Shown here: positions 1 through 13,089 of the stretch, in pieces
Layout of the letters: every line of letters begins with the position of its first letter
How positions within the stretch are numbered: the first letter of the stretch is position 1
From: Antedon mediterranea
Taxonomy: Eukaryota; Animalia; Echinodermata
DNA: 64,000 bases
Direction of reading: 5' to 3'
Assembly (NCBI RefSeq): GCF_964355755.1
Contig: NC_092673.1
Span: 5,022,001-5,086,000, forward strand
Notes under the pieces: model-generated
What the model saw: the letters and a program-made list of their open reading frames with translations, nothing else
Told to the model about the DNA's origin: nothing
Database searches by the model: none
Position numbers and translations under genes: made by a program

Positions 1-1668
1 AAATCGTAAAGAATAATTACCAGATGTGTTGGAATAATATATGTGTCTTGCTCCCTCTACGGTGTACTTGTCCAATCTTATTTCAATAGGCGGCGCCATA
101 GTGGCGTTTCTAAAAGATCAATGAGTTTGTAAAAATCTTGGTAATATAAAACAGGGAAGAGTTAAATTTAACTCTTGCCTGGTAATATTATACTTAAAGC
201 AAAGAAAAAACTAGGTATGACAACAGTGTACTTTTGCTTACTTTTTTCCACTGTTAACAATAGGTTATTTTTGCTAATTTCCAATTTCTAGTGACGCAAG
301 CTTAGCTTAAAGACTGAAACAACGAATAATACGCAAATATTTTAAATCTTAATCGTTAAAATATCAATATAGTGTAAAGAAGTAGATTCGTTGCTGTTTC
401 TTCACTTTCATATTTTATTTGTTGTTTGTTTTGCAGAAGTAAATGACGCAACTCCACTTGAAATATCAAATTATATTATTATGCCATAGATTTATAATTT
501 TGATAGCATTTAATGCTTTTTTTAATTGTTTAATACATCAATATAGAATAAAAAAACAGCCTTTGATAATTATATTAATATTTTTCTATCCAAATAGGTA
601 CAGGGGCTTGTGTTGACGTCACACGCCATCGATATCAATCAGTTTAATGGAGATATAAAGCTGTGGTGCATTAATTAATACCTTAAATAGAATAAAAAGT
701 ACAACCGTTATGCCAACACATTCTATTAAGCAATCTAGAATTTATGGGCGATTCATAATTAATTTCAAATCTTTCCCTTAAATATTCTAATTACTGTTAC
801 TTGCACTATCTTAATGAAAATGGCCAACTTAATCTTCGTATATGAATTTTAATAGATAAAGTATTTTGCGTTAATTTAGAGCGTAGTCTAGTTTAAAATG
901 AATATAATTACGCTTGTATACACTACCGCCCTCTAGTTAATAAAGATGCAATACCAAAGCTATGCTATAAATATAAAAACTTGGCTCAAAATTGGCTCAA
1001 AATTACTCCTCAATCAAATCACAGTAAAATGACGGTTTTCGTGCTCTAAAACAAACGATCTTGAGATATGAGAGTTCTGTAATGTACAGTGACTCGATTA
1101 TACTCAAATGATTTATGTTTTTACTTTACAATTATCTGTCTGAAATGATACTTTGTACTCGACTATGAAATAAATGTTGATCATGTTGGAATGATTATTG
1201 ACTTACTAATATATATTATTAACTTACAATAAACATCTAAATCATTATTTTAAAATACGCTATTGACATTTTTTATCATTGATCATCAACGAATACAAAG
1301 CTAAACCTATTTGTTTTTATGTACTGTTTGTTTTTTTCTGGATTAAATTAAACTAAAATAATCTATTTAAAAAACCCAATTGCCATTTTGTCAATGTCCT
1401 GTTGAAATATTAATTACCGGTAATTAATGGAAACTTAATTTAAATGATAGCCAAAACTGATTTTTCATCAAAACCAATAATAATGTCATTCTTGTATGAG
1501 ATATGCGAGGATTTCTACCAAAGTATATTCAAGACTTTGCTTGATCAAATCTTAATCTATGTTTTGTTCTTTTTCCTAACAAGTGAATCTACTTGTAAAC
1601 AAGACCTAAAATACTTCTCAGCAAAATTGACACCAATATAGGCTTACATCAATTATACATTAGTATAA

Positions 1669-1905
1669 AGGGAGAAGTAAAAAAAGAGATAAAAGTGAAA
1701 AAAAATATATGTGAAAAGAGATAAGTAAAAAAGAGATAAAGGTTAAAAAAGATAAGTGAAAATAGATAAGTGAAAAGAGATAAGTAAAAAAAAATAATGG
1801 TGAAAAGATAAGTGAAAATAGATAAGTAAAAAAGAGATAAAAGTGAAAGATAAGCGAAAAGAGATAAAATTGAAAAAAGATAAGTGAAAAGGGATAAAGT
1901 AAAAC
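1669..1905. repeat. Degenerate ~14-bp purine-rich minisatellite (AAAAGAGATAAGTG)
   Basis: About 15 imperfect units; explains the spurious F/L/S/Y-rich minus-strand ORFs 1649-1909 and 1660-1953. Confidence 0.9.
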
Positions 1906-2839
1906 ACAATTAAATACCATCATGATCTCCCTTTTTAGTGTTATCTTTTTCATCTCTCCGTTTATTCGTATTCAGATTTATTTTTCATCCGAGGCATCTA
2001 TCTGAATTTGTAATAGCAGAAAAATAGAATAATATATACTATAAAAGAAAAAAAGATTTATTTATTATGCGATCCATTTATAGCTTTAAACATTCGATTT
2101 ATTTCTTAGGCCTACTTGTTCTCAATTTAATCAGCGGTAGAAGACAATAGTAAAGCGTGATAGAAACCTGTAAATTAAAAGCACAGTAAAACGAATTTAA
2201 AATTCAGTACACCTCCATTATAACGCATATTTGGTTTAATGATATTCAAAAATCACAAAACCCTTTTAATAAGATGAGGGATCTCTGCATAAGATGAGAA
2301 AAATCATTACAATTTAAAATATAAAACTTGGAAAGGATTTAGAATTCAAACAGAAATTAATCAAATGAAGAAAGTAGACAATGAATTAATTAATGAAGAT
2401 CTAATAGATGTTAAGAACCGAAATTGATATTACACGAAATTAAATATTCATCGATATTGTCGATTCTGCTCTTTTATACTTGGTTATCTGTCGGCTACGC
2501 GTTTTTCCTCTGATACCAACACCGCTGTCCAGATCATCTGACCTCTGACCCCTGTTTTAGACACTCCCTGCTCGTTTCTTCGTGTACCTCCCTTCACCGC
2601 CTATCTCGAATCACATTTATATGAACATATATTTATCCAGGATGTCACACTCATAACACAAATAGTACGAAATACATCATTAATATTTACAACAAAGCCC
2701 AACTCACCAAACATTTGATCTCAAAATGTTATTTTTATTTATTCAATGCAGCTTATTCTTCATTGGTGTATCCCATTTAGCTTTGTTTTGTTTTTAATTA
2801 ATTTGTACTACTTAGTTTTGTTTAGTTTTTTTTGTATTT

Positions 2840-2960
2840 TAATGATGGAGTAAGAGCAGTTTTCCGTTTGGGCTCATTCCTATTATTTGCTCCGATCCTG
2901 GCAAGATGAAATGTAAAACGTACTTTTAAGAACTTTTGCCGAATAAATATTATTATCAAC
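2840..2960 (+). mobile_element. Possible CR1/L2-group LINE 3' end
   Basis: GGCAAG...TTGCC stem followed by GAATAAATATTATTAT tail, same layout as 29390-29526. Confidence 0.3.
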
Positions 2961-3541
2961 AAATTAGTATTATTAAAGTTATTGGTTTTGCTCACTGGGC
3001 TTTTTAACAGGTATACACATACTTTTTTAATCTGATGAAAGCAAAACTAAAGATTGAAGTAATCCAAAAAATAAGAGTGTCTTAACGTGGTTAAAAGATA
3101 TGTCAACATGTACCGGTAATTAAGAATATAGCTTAGCAATTTTTTTTTAAATCAAGAAATGTTTTAATTCACAACCACAGATGAGTGTCATTTTGATAAT
3201 GTGTCCCACGAATTGCAACGTCTATAATGCATTACTGTTTTGATATTTGTAATGGAATATCAACTACGTTGAAGTACATTTTTTTTCAATTCCAAATGAA
3301 TTCACCAAGGACATATCGGTACAGGTTCACGGTTGTTTTGCAAGTGCAAACATGGTGCAAACCAAAAAGCATTGTCTGCTTTCTCATTTTAATTTAATTT
3401 GCTTTGTGGAATAACAACAATTAATTATTCACATATGCTAGTTAATATACTTACAAACCAGGGAGGAATAATTAGACATATTACTCTGAGGACCACCGAA
3501 CGTCTCTTTAACTGAAACTTAGGCTGTCATAGGCTACTTGA

Positions 3542-3780
3542 ATACCTGTAACCCTACCCATTGAAACTGGACTCTCAAGGACTAGACTTGGACCTGTAAC
3601 CTATACCCAGCGGTTGTACCGATGACTGCCCAGCCTGAGCAGTCACACCCGGTGTGAGGGATGGAATACTCTGACCTAACCCAGCGGTTGTATCAACAAC
3701 TGCCCGGCCTGTTTAGGTAGCTTTTCTAAGCCGAAAATGTGACCTAACCCAGTGGTTTTGTTGAGGAATACCGGCAGGAT
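3542..3780. repeat. GC-elevated degenerate ~70-80 bp direct repeats
   Basis: GACCTAACCCAGCGGTTGTA...ACTGCCC(A/G)GCCTG recurs at about 3591, 3673 and 3740; CCTGTAACC at 3545 and 3593. Confidence 0.65.
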
Positions 3781-6700
3781 AAACTACTCCTGATTGTATA
3801 TTCAATCACGGGTTAAACGCTCTGTAATCACCGTCAACAAAATGATTATAGGCTATAAACGAATACGACAGAGAATTAGTGCAGCAAAGGCGGTAGGATC
3901 TCTGATGTGGCGATTTTATAGGCACAATCGCACGCATTCTATTACAGAGAATAGTCCCTTAAGAATAATTTCGACTCTGACCTCGCCATTGAATGCTTTC
4001 AGCATTTTGTAAATTTTGTTCAACCCCAAAAAAGTGCAAAGTTCTTCCAATTAATTATTTAATAAATAACACTTGGACTTGTTTTTTCAAGAAAGGTAGA
4101 CTTTACACGCACATTTTATTAATTGATTTCTATTTTTGAGGTTTTATTTCTATTGTACTGCCTTAAAAGATATTGTGACAAAACTTTTTCACAATGCAAA
4201 AGTAATTCGACCAAAAATAACAAACGATGCTCATCATGTCGCTTGTGATTGGTCAAATCATTTGCAGTGCGCATATGTTCTCGCGGTGTCACATGTCGTC
4301 AAATTAATCTAAAGAAATCGGTCATCGGTGGGATTTGAACCCAACTTTACAGTTAAAAAGTCGTGTTCATGAGAATTCAATCTTTGAATTACTCATTTAT
4401 TAACCTAAGCTGAGCATCTTCGATTCCCATCGCTAACATCGGCAGCTGAAACTATACCTTTATCGGCTTAGCCTACACAATATCATTACTGAATGCATTA
4501 AATTATGCCGCAAAATCCCTTAAGAGTGAACACATTAGTAGATACGATACATTGAAAGTTATGGAAAGTGTCTTATTTTTAAGTTATCTGAATACCTTAC
4601 GATTGGCCGCCCGTAGATCGGGGTCAGGACTTAGTTCTCTTTCGGCATCAGTTCTCCCCTTCGGCTATCATTAATTTGAAGAACCACTACCACAACATCA
4701 AATATCATTACAGGTTTTCTAATACAGGGTATTTTTTAACATACCGCTTAGAAAAACTACTTCAGCCCGGGGCTAAATAATTATGATATTGGTCTGCTTG
4801 GCTTGTCTTCCTAATTCGTTACCCTTCGTCCCCATCAACGTAATTGAAAAATAATGCAGACGAAGCACCGCTACAAAAATATAAACTAAGTTACAGTACC
4901 TTGCTTGGAATATTTATTGAAAATTATCTAGTCCCGAGGCGCAGTTTTACATTTTCTCCGTGGGGATTAGAATAGAGCGTGCCTGTGATACGCCGCTCAA
5001 GGAACCATTTTTCTAGTAGAAAAAAAAGTTCGTGTTTAGGCTCTGATTAAATTTCTCTGATATGAAAACTAATATTAATTCTAAGAGCACGAAGCAAATA
5101 TTTAATTCTGGTAATTGAGAGCATTACTGTAGAAAGCAATGCATATTCTGTAACTGTATAGTTGTTAAGATTGAGGCGTGTTGTTCCTAAGCTTATTGAG
5201 AAGGTGAGCACAGCAGCTCTGTTATAGGCTGCTATGAGAGTGATTGATGTGTGGCATGTTGATCTTTCAATTATCCGGATAAGATAATTCAATGGAAATA
5301 AGGTTGGAATTAATGAACAGTTACAATTATCGAAGTAGGCATATTGATAAATTTATTTATTATTTAAATCTTTAGATATCTTCAAAAATAAACTTTTATT
5401 AATTTATTTTAATACATTAAAATTTATTTATTCTCCAAATCTATTTACTAAATTTATAATTCAATACCTACAATCCCTCAGACTAAATTATATAAATAAA
5501 ATCTGTAGCACAACCGCTTTTTCTGAGGGAAAACAAGTAGGGTTATATAAAATAATGTTGTGGCAAAGAGATTTAAATTAAATAAATAGGGCCTAAATAC
5601 TAGTATACTCCGGAGTTACCTTTTAATTATCTAAGTGTTACTAGGGTGTATAGCATTCTCTAACATGCCTCTTCTATCAAATTTTTCGTCGGCGAGATTC
5701 TCCATAATTATTTCCGTTTTCTCCTCTTTTGTGTATTTTTTTTGTACGGTTAGCAATGATTATTGGTTTGTTATCACGTGATTTCATTATACTAAATCTT
5801 CGAAACTTTCTGCGCTCATATTTTAACGTAAGTGCATGTTGCATTTAGGAGGCGGTTAACATATTACCGTAATATGTTTGTGTTAGGCCTACCGCTATCT
5901 TGTTTTTATCTTACGAAGACCACCTATAATTCGTTAAAATGACAAATTAAGATCTAGTTTTTGTGGTCCAATATTATTTCATGTAGCCTAAGTCGCAAAC
6001 AATTATTATTTGTTCTATAAAACAAAATTAATAAATGATCGTATAGTTAGTTGTTGACGAAAAAAGGGTGGTTGCTTGCACAATTTAATTAGTTCATACG
6101 ACATTACGTGAATATTTCATCTTTGTTCGTCAAAAAACAATGAATACGATACATTAGAACCACATTACTATGACCATATCGAATTCTAGGTCCGTACCTG
6201 ACTTCGTCTAAACACAGAACCATTTCATGCATGGATGTTTGCTTCACACTGCGATCCACTATCTAAAGGATATTTTTCTTACAAAGTCAATCGAAATGTG
6301 ATCGCTAAAAACATGACTCGAAATGCTTTCTTTTAAAACTGAAACACAGATACAACGGAGAATAATTACAATTCCACCTAGGAGAATAAGAGCAATGCGA
6401 GAAACACTTTAAATAACACCCCAGGTAGACGAACACTCAAAAGAGATCCGCGACAGGGGGTTGCAAGCTAATTTTTCGGCAATTAATTTGGAATGATACA
6501 GTAATAGGTTGAAGACGCTGTCACCTTAACGATATCTCAGTTGGAAAGTTCGGTAGATTGCCATCATAAAGTAAAAACTGTTACTGTTATACCTATCAGC
6601 TATTGACATGATAAAAATGATTTGATACCGCGTTTAGCAAAACAGCATGATGTTAGGCCTATCGCCCGCGGTCATCTGGCAGAGTTGCGCTTGCAGCTGC

Positions 6701-7286
6701 ACAAGATTCGCCGCAGCGAATCTACTCCCGCGTAGGCCTAGGAATGTATAGATCATGTATGACCAATTATATACAGTATACAGTAGCATTAGGGCTTATA
6801 AGTGGCTTGCAGGGACAATAATTACACTGGAAATTGCTTCCAATTGCGTATAATCCGATATGTTTATCGGTGTTTTCCTAAATGATATCGCTAGCCATGG
6901 GTTCACTTCGGTACGATTGTTTTTTATGGATATTTGCAACATCTCAGAGCAGGGTGCTATATTCCTATGAATTTCACAATCATCTAAAATGAATAAACTT
7001 TAATTGATAATCATTATCTCTATATATGATGTCGGTATTCGGTGTATGATCAATTTAATACTAAGCGTGTAATCAAATGCACTCAAATTGTATGTACTTA
7101 CCGGACAACATGTCTAATCTTATTGACGAACATTTTACGGTATTTCGCACCTGGTTAGATGATGCATCATTATAGTTATAGGCCTAAAAACAATATGAAA
7201 TCCAATGTTTATGTTTATGTTTATGTGATTCGAGACCTTTAGACCAAGATTAGACCATTACATCGATCAACCCCAAAGGCATATTA

Positions 7287-7472
7287 CAGGGAAAAATTTC
7301 ATTTCGAAATTCTGTTTAGCAATATTGCCAATCAAACTGATTTTTGATTCGAGAAACATAGTTTTGTATTGTATTTTTTGCACAACTCCCTGATTTTTTG
7401 CTACACAAATGTGTAGCAAAAAGGTTGTTTTGATAGCTTTTTGCTATGCTACACTGGCGAAATTATTCCCTG
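7287..7472. mobile_element. Small hAT-like MITE (186 bp) with 5-bp TSD
   Basis: TIR CAGGGAAAAATTTC / GAAATTATTCCCTG (13/14 match); flanked by TATTA on both sides (7282-7286, 7473-7477); internal hairpin TTTTTGCTACAC-AAAT-GTGTAGCAAAAA. Confidence 0.6.
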
Positions 7473-7620
7473 TATTATATCATAAGGCCTCACATGCATG
7501 GAACCATAATATACTATGCTACTAAAAAATCACCGAACTTCAAAAATTAGAAAGCAGAAATAAGGTGAATTTGAAAAGATATCGGAACAAACATTTTCGT
7601 TAGAACATGTCCTTATTTAT

Positions 7621-8370
7621 AACAAGGCCAACAGCCATTAAGTCGCGTGCTACAATGCATAGTGATACCGGACCGACAGACAAACAGACCGACAGACAGA
7701 CAGACCGACAGACAGACGGACCGACCGACATAGTGAACTATACTGACCGAAATTACTGAACATGTTTAAAAATGTTGAAATGTTTAAAAACATTTATATT
7801 TTTTTAATTTACACGTGCGTAGCCTGTCACATTTGACGTGCTCGTATAACGTAAGTTCGAGTTGAAAATTAAGTCAAGAAAACAGAAATCGGGCAAAAAG
7901 TGTGCGCAATAACATTTAACGCGCAGTGCGCGCGCAAAAATCTGCGCACTCATGGCAATTTTGTAAACGCTTAAAATTGCCTGAAACGTACTCTTATTTC
8001 ATCGAAAATAAATTTTGAAAATTTTAAGCGCGCGTACGCATGCGTTACATGCACTACGCACGTAATTGTATTGCCATATGATGATTTATGCCCTGAAATT
8101 TATGAGTACCAAATTTAATTTAATTGTGATTCATGGTTGTTAAGATATGATTACAAACGTGATTTCGTTAAATCGTGCGTAGACCGCGTAATTTTTTATT
8201 GCGCACCGTGAAAACATAACCACATCGATTCCTGGCCATAAGGAATATTCTGTGAAAAATTGACTTAGCTAGATTAAACTGATATCAAGATAAGGTCATA
8301 AAGCGATAAAACGCATAGTGATACCGGACCGACAGACAGACAGACCGACAGACAGACCGACAGACAGACC

Positions 8371-8401
<31 letters not shown>

Positions 8402-8450
8402 CGACCGACCGACTTAGTGAACTATAGAGTCGCTTCCACGCGACTAAAAA
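7621..8450 (-). mobile_element. Helentron-associated (HINE/DINE-1-like) non-autonomous rolling-circle element
   Basis: Minus strand starts TTTTTAGTCGCGTGGAAGCGACTCTATAG (terminal hairpin), followed by a GTCT/GTCG microsatellite. Subterminal inverted repeat AGTCGCGTG (7641-7649) / CACGCGACT (8437-8445). Ends with a short GGC...GGCC hairpin and TTGTT. Confidence 0.75.
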
Positions 8451-9090
8451 CTGGATTGCATACAATTATGCATTTATAAATAATTTTGTTATAACATTAT
8501 TATTTCGAAAAATAATAATTTTCTTGGAAAGATAATTACTTTAATCTTTTCATTTAGGTTTCAATCAGTCTTTGTCAAAGAAGTAGAATTTTAATATCAT
8601 AATTTCCAAGAAAGACAATGTTTTGTGTAATAATGGTTTACTAATATTCATGATAATATTTATAGAATATAAGAATAGTGTTTTCAATTAAGAAAATTAA
8701 TTATTATTATTAAGTAAATTCACATTTTTGTCGGAGGATCAAATGGAATTCGGTTTGACATGTGTATTTTCTCAAATTATATACTTATGTATATTTTCAA
8801 AAACGTATCATTTATCAAATACACTTTTATCAATTTAATAAAAGCATATTGATTAAATTCTACTTTATTAATATTCATAATCTAGATAATTAGATTTTTT
8901 AACATTAATATCTTTCCTAGAATATACCTAGGCCGAGTTAATCAATTAAATTACACTCCATAATATTCTGTTTTCATTAAACATTACTCAATGGCCTTGC
9001 TTGAGTTATTAAATTCATTTAAATGTTGGTCTCATTATTGTTATTAAACAGTAAAAGATTTTCTTTTTCTTTTCTTAAACATTTCACATT

Positions 9091-9310
9091 TAATAATAAT
9101 AATAATAATAATAATATCGTGGATTTATATAGTGCCTAATGTTGTGAAACCTCTAAGCGCTGAACATTATTACCCCAGTCATTTTTTCCTGATCAAACAC
9201 GTATGTTAAACATACTCCCATAATGCAGCTAGTAATCAGCGCAAAGTTGTGTCATGATCTAACCGGGTTCCCATTTATACACCTGGGTGGAGAGAGGCAA
9301 ATGTTCGTGT
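9091..9310 (-). mobile_element. 5'-truncated SINE/L2-type 3' end with (TTA)n tail
   Basis: Minus strand reads CCTCTCTCCACCCAGGTGTATAAATGGG (common marine-invertebrate SINE body motif) ... CAGCGCTTAGAG...GCACTATATAAAT, then (ATT)n. Confidence 0.65.
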
Positions 9311-9597
9311 TAAGTTATCTTTTCCTTCATTAATTTCTTTAAATTATCGAAGTAAATAAATCACTAGGTCTATATTTATCATATCATCATTTTGTCATCA
9401 ACCTAATTTGCATTCGAAATTCTTCAACATCCTTTGGGTCTATTTTATTTATTTATTTTATTTGGGTATAAAAAAAAATTATTATATACAAAAAGCAGCA
9501 GCAGCTACATACTGTAGGCCTATAAAAAGTACATTAAACATCAAACATTAACATATAAGGAACGCAAGAAAAATATCAAAATATTTAAGATAATCTA

Positions 9598-9842
9598 GGA
9601 CTGAAGATAGTCCAGGACTGAAGATAGTCCAGGACTAAAGATAGTCCAGGACTAAAGATAGTCCAGGACTAAAGATAGTCCAGGACTAAAGATAGTCCAG
9701 GACTAAAGATAGTCCAGGACTAAAGATAGTCCAGGACTAAAGATAGTCCAGGACTAAAGATAGTCCAGGACTAAAGATAGTCCAGGACTAAAGATAGTCC
9801 AGGACTAAAGATAGTCCAGGACTAAAGATAGTCCAGGACTAA
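9598..9842. repeat. Near-perfect 17-bp tandem array (GGACTAAAGATAGTCCA) x14 plus a partial unit
   Basis: Units start at 9598 and every 17 bp to 9836; the first two carry the GGACTGAAG variant. Confidence 0.98.
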
Positions 9843-10289
9843 GTAATAACAATTTATACAAAAGAAAATTTAAACACGAAATACCATAGTCATACAAAAC
9901 CAACAACCAATAAAATGTTTAAAATTCATTCGATTGAGAGTACCTATTGCACATTAGACGAAAGAAGTAAAATTATATCAGGTACATGCTAGTTAATTAT
10001 TTACCATTGTAAACTGCTCATCAATAAGAACTATTAATGGTGTACATTCAAGGCTACGATTTTGATGCCAAAAATATCTTATATTAATTATGCATGCGAG
10101 CTGTACTGGGCTTTTAAACTATAATCTGTGAATAATTATCATCAAATGGGTGAGCAAGATTTTAGTGAATTGAAAACACGATAAAAGAAATATAATATTT
10201 AACCGGCTAATCTCATAATCAATTTTCGTATTAGTCACGTGATTCAGGATTAAAAGTATGAAATGTTCATATAGCTCAACGGTGTATTA

Positions 10290-10603
10290 CGATGTATTGC
10301 CACAAAAACATGACAATGAAGATAATTAAATCAGACTTTGAATAGGTTATTTTGTAGTTTTAGTAAAGTTAATCACTTTCGTAGAAAATAAACGAAAACA
10401 AAATAATGTTTTCCCTTATAAAATGACAAATAAATAGATTCAACCAAAAACCGATTAATTTACTATTTTTTGCGTTAAATTACAGATTTTTTCAGGTAAA
10501 TAAATTTAGTTTCGAGCCAATTTTTGGTTAAAATGGATAATTATTATTGTGACATTAAAATTGCATATACAACAAACTATTTTTTCTGGAGGACAATACA
10601 TCT
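10290..10603 (+). mobile_element. Kolobok-like MITE, family A copy
   Basis: Degenerate left TIR GATGTATTG; right TIR GGACAATACATCT followed by TTAA; body matches the copies at 20825, 50721 and 51797. Confidence 0.8.
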
Positions 10604-10781
10604 TTAAGTAATAGGCTAGGGCCTACACATTTATATTCCAAGGTTGCTTCTACATTGAGTCTCCACATACTATAGTCAAAAGTACTAATACCTCCCTGGT
10701 ATTACTATGTTTTGTTATGCCAAAGTTATGCTAAAAATTACACTAAAGTCCTGCACTACTTTTCCAAATACTCGGTTTTAA

Positions 10782-11172
10782 AGGCCCGTTTACACTAGGG
10801 CGATAACTATCGATGATAAATAGATAAACATACATTTGTTTTGGATAAAACGAAAGAAATTAGAACAGTTTTCATTCCAGAACTTAGGATAATCATGTAT
10901 GCCTTATTTTATAAAAATAATTTTTTTTAAATTTAATCAAATGACGTCATGATCAATAAAAACAATAAAATGGTTGGTATTGTAACGATGTCATTGCTCT
11001 TACTAATCATGACGTCATTTGATTGTGGAAATATTATTTTCATCAAAGGCAGCATAGGTGATAATCCTATAGTTCTAGGATGAAATCTTTTTTAAATTCT
11101 TTTGTTTTAGGTATGAAAAATGCATATTTATCTTTTTATCGTCGATCATTATCGCCTAGTGTAAATGGGCCT
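10782..11172. mobile_element. PIF/Harbinger-like palindromic MITE, family B
   Basis: TIR AGGCCCGTTTACACTAGG / CCTAGTGTAAATGGGCCT with TAA TSD (10779-10781, 11173-11175); the interior is an imperfect ~390-bp palindrome. Confidence 0.85.
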
Positions 11173-11379
11173 TAAAATTATACAAACTTGTAGTCATACA
11201 CGTTACAATAACTGAATAACAATTGCATCTTCTTTACAACTTACTAATAAAAAAAACTTCATAATGCGATGTAAATAGCGCCACCTCTCGGCAATAACAT
11301 AGTTAACTTTCAGCAAAGATGTTTGCTATTTGCTTTCTGATATAAAAAAGGCTCTGAAAACACGGTACGTCGTATTGCA

Positions 11380-11523
11380 TCTTTTGGGACACTGATATTA
11401 AGGGGACACATTCTGGTGAATATGCTCCCCCTATTGACTGGGCATAGGGGTGGGAATGGTTCTCTGTTAATGGGAAACTCCAAGGTCAGGGTATAGAAGG
11501 TGTCTCCTAATAGTTTTACTGTA
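11380..11523. mobile_element. Fragment of a GGGACAC-repeat MITE (Tc1/mariner-like, ending ACTG|TA)
   Basis: GGGACAC motifs; ends GGTGTCTCCTAATAGTTTTACTGTA; similar motifs at about 17040-17130, 44200-44795 and 58170-58310. Confidence 0.4.
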
Positions 11524-13089
11524 TAATATTGACTATTACCTAATATTGTTTTATAATAAATTTACAATTCGTTGTCTAGATAAATGTTTTAGAGGAGAGC
11601 GGCCTTAAGTTGTGGAACTCAAAGGAAATAAGCGGAATACGGGTAAATAGGTTAAGAATAATATGCGTATCTGCTTTACTTTGTTTTTATTGAATTCGAA
11701 TTTTATTTATTTTTATGTAAGTCGCAATTAGCATCAGTTTTAGACCTAATCAATATAACGTGATAATGAATTAGTTTGATAAAATTTAGGTTTATTCCAA
11801 CAAATATGGTATTTTAATAAAAACAAGTCATTGACGTTTCCAAATTAAATGCAACACATTGACTCAAAAATTACAACAACTGAACCTTTTTTCACGAAAT
11901 GGAGCCCGTAGAAATGAAGCGTTATGCCGTCAATTAGCGACATAAATGACCCGTGTCCATAGCTTGTTTGCCGGGTTGCACCGTGTTAGAAAAACTCATC
12001 TATCGGCTCTTTAGATCAACGACATAGGAATGCCATGGCTTGGATATAATACCAGGTTCGCTTTGGTTCGCCGTCGATCGTGAACAAGCTGCGATTCAGG
12101 CCTAGTAGAACTCTCTTGGCTCTTCTTAGAATGTTATTTATGTTCACAAAGGATTATTATCAGCCTTATACCACACGTCAAAAATAATAGGCTATTTTAA
12201 TAGCTAAATGTTTAAGGATTTTTTTTTCTATCTTAGCACACAGCGCATAATAATTTGATTTTTCCATTGTGATTGTTAAAAAAACACAGAGATTTTTTCA
12301 TATTACAAACCGGACAAAACTATACTCGCTAGCATATTTATCTTTTATCTTTTTCGATGGAATTAACATTGAAAATAATATGCTAAATAAGAATAATTAT
12401 ATAATAAATATTATAAAACATTCGATGTTTCAGCCTGAAATAAATGTGTTATCAATCAATCAAATCAAAAAATAATAATTAAGAATATTTTGATAATGAT
12501 GTTGAAGTATCAACATAAAAACTTTGTTTTTCTTTAGACAACGAAACGAGTGTAGGCCTACAGTAAACTAACAATAAAACAAAACCATGCGAAACAACGG
12601 GATACTATAGTTTGAATTTGATACGTTAATTCTATTATTACATTGGCCATAGTGTCAACATGATAAAATATTATTATTATTAAATGATAATATCAATAAG
12701 AATAACAACGATCAGCAAAATCGACTTAATTTAGATTGTACCTTCGGGTCATGTGTTATCGATATGATTCAAAATCCTTTATTAGTTTCTAGCCGCACTA
12801 CTTGTTTAGCGCGTAAGAATGTTAGCCAAGGGCAATCCGTCATTTAAAATATTGTCACGTTCATGTAAATTAGTTTTGTGCACAATTACAGATGTCATAA
12901 TTATTATTGTAAATAGTGTGCTCTTTATCATTTGTTATTGTATGTTTTACATCAGAGATTTTAATTGTTTTTAATGAAAAGGCAATACATATTATCTTAA
13001 AAAATTAAAGGAGTTTTCTTTTTAGGACAAAGAGTATAATATATTTTTTTCTTCAGGCAAAAACACGCATGCAAGAAATTCAAAATGCC

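Noticed and set aside
4325-4350. Minus-strand B-box GGTTCAAATCCCACC (tRNA/SINE)
   Set aside because: No convincing A-box or cloverleaf; at most a SINE remnant.
5047-5292. 81-aa minus-strand ORF or LINE C-terminal remnant
   Set aside because: Only vague P..YL and QLP resemblance; cannot be supported without a search.
9598-9842. CRISPR-like palindromic repeats
   Set aside because: No spacers, no cas genes, eukaryotic context; it is a plain tandem array.
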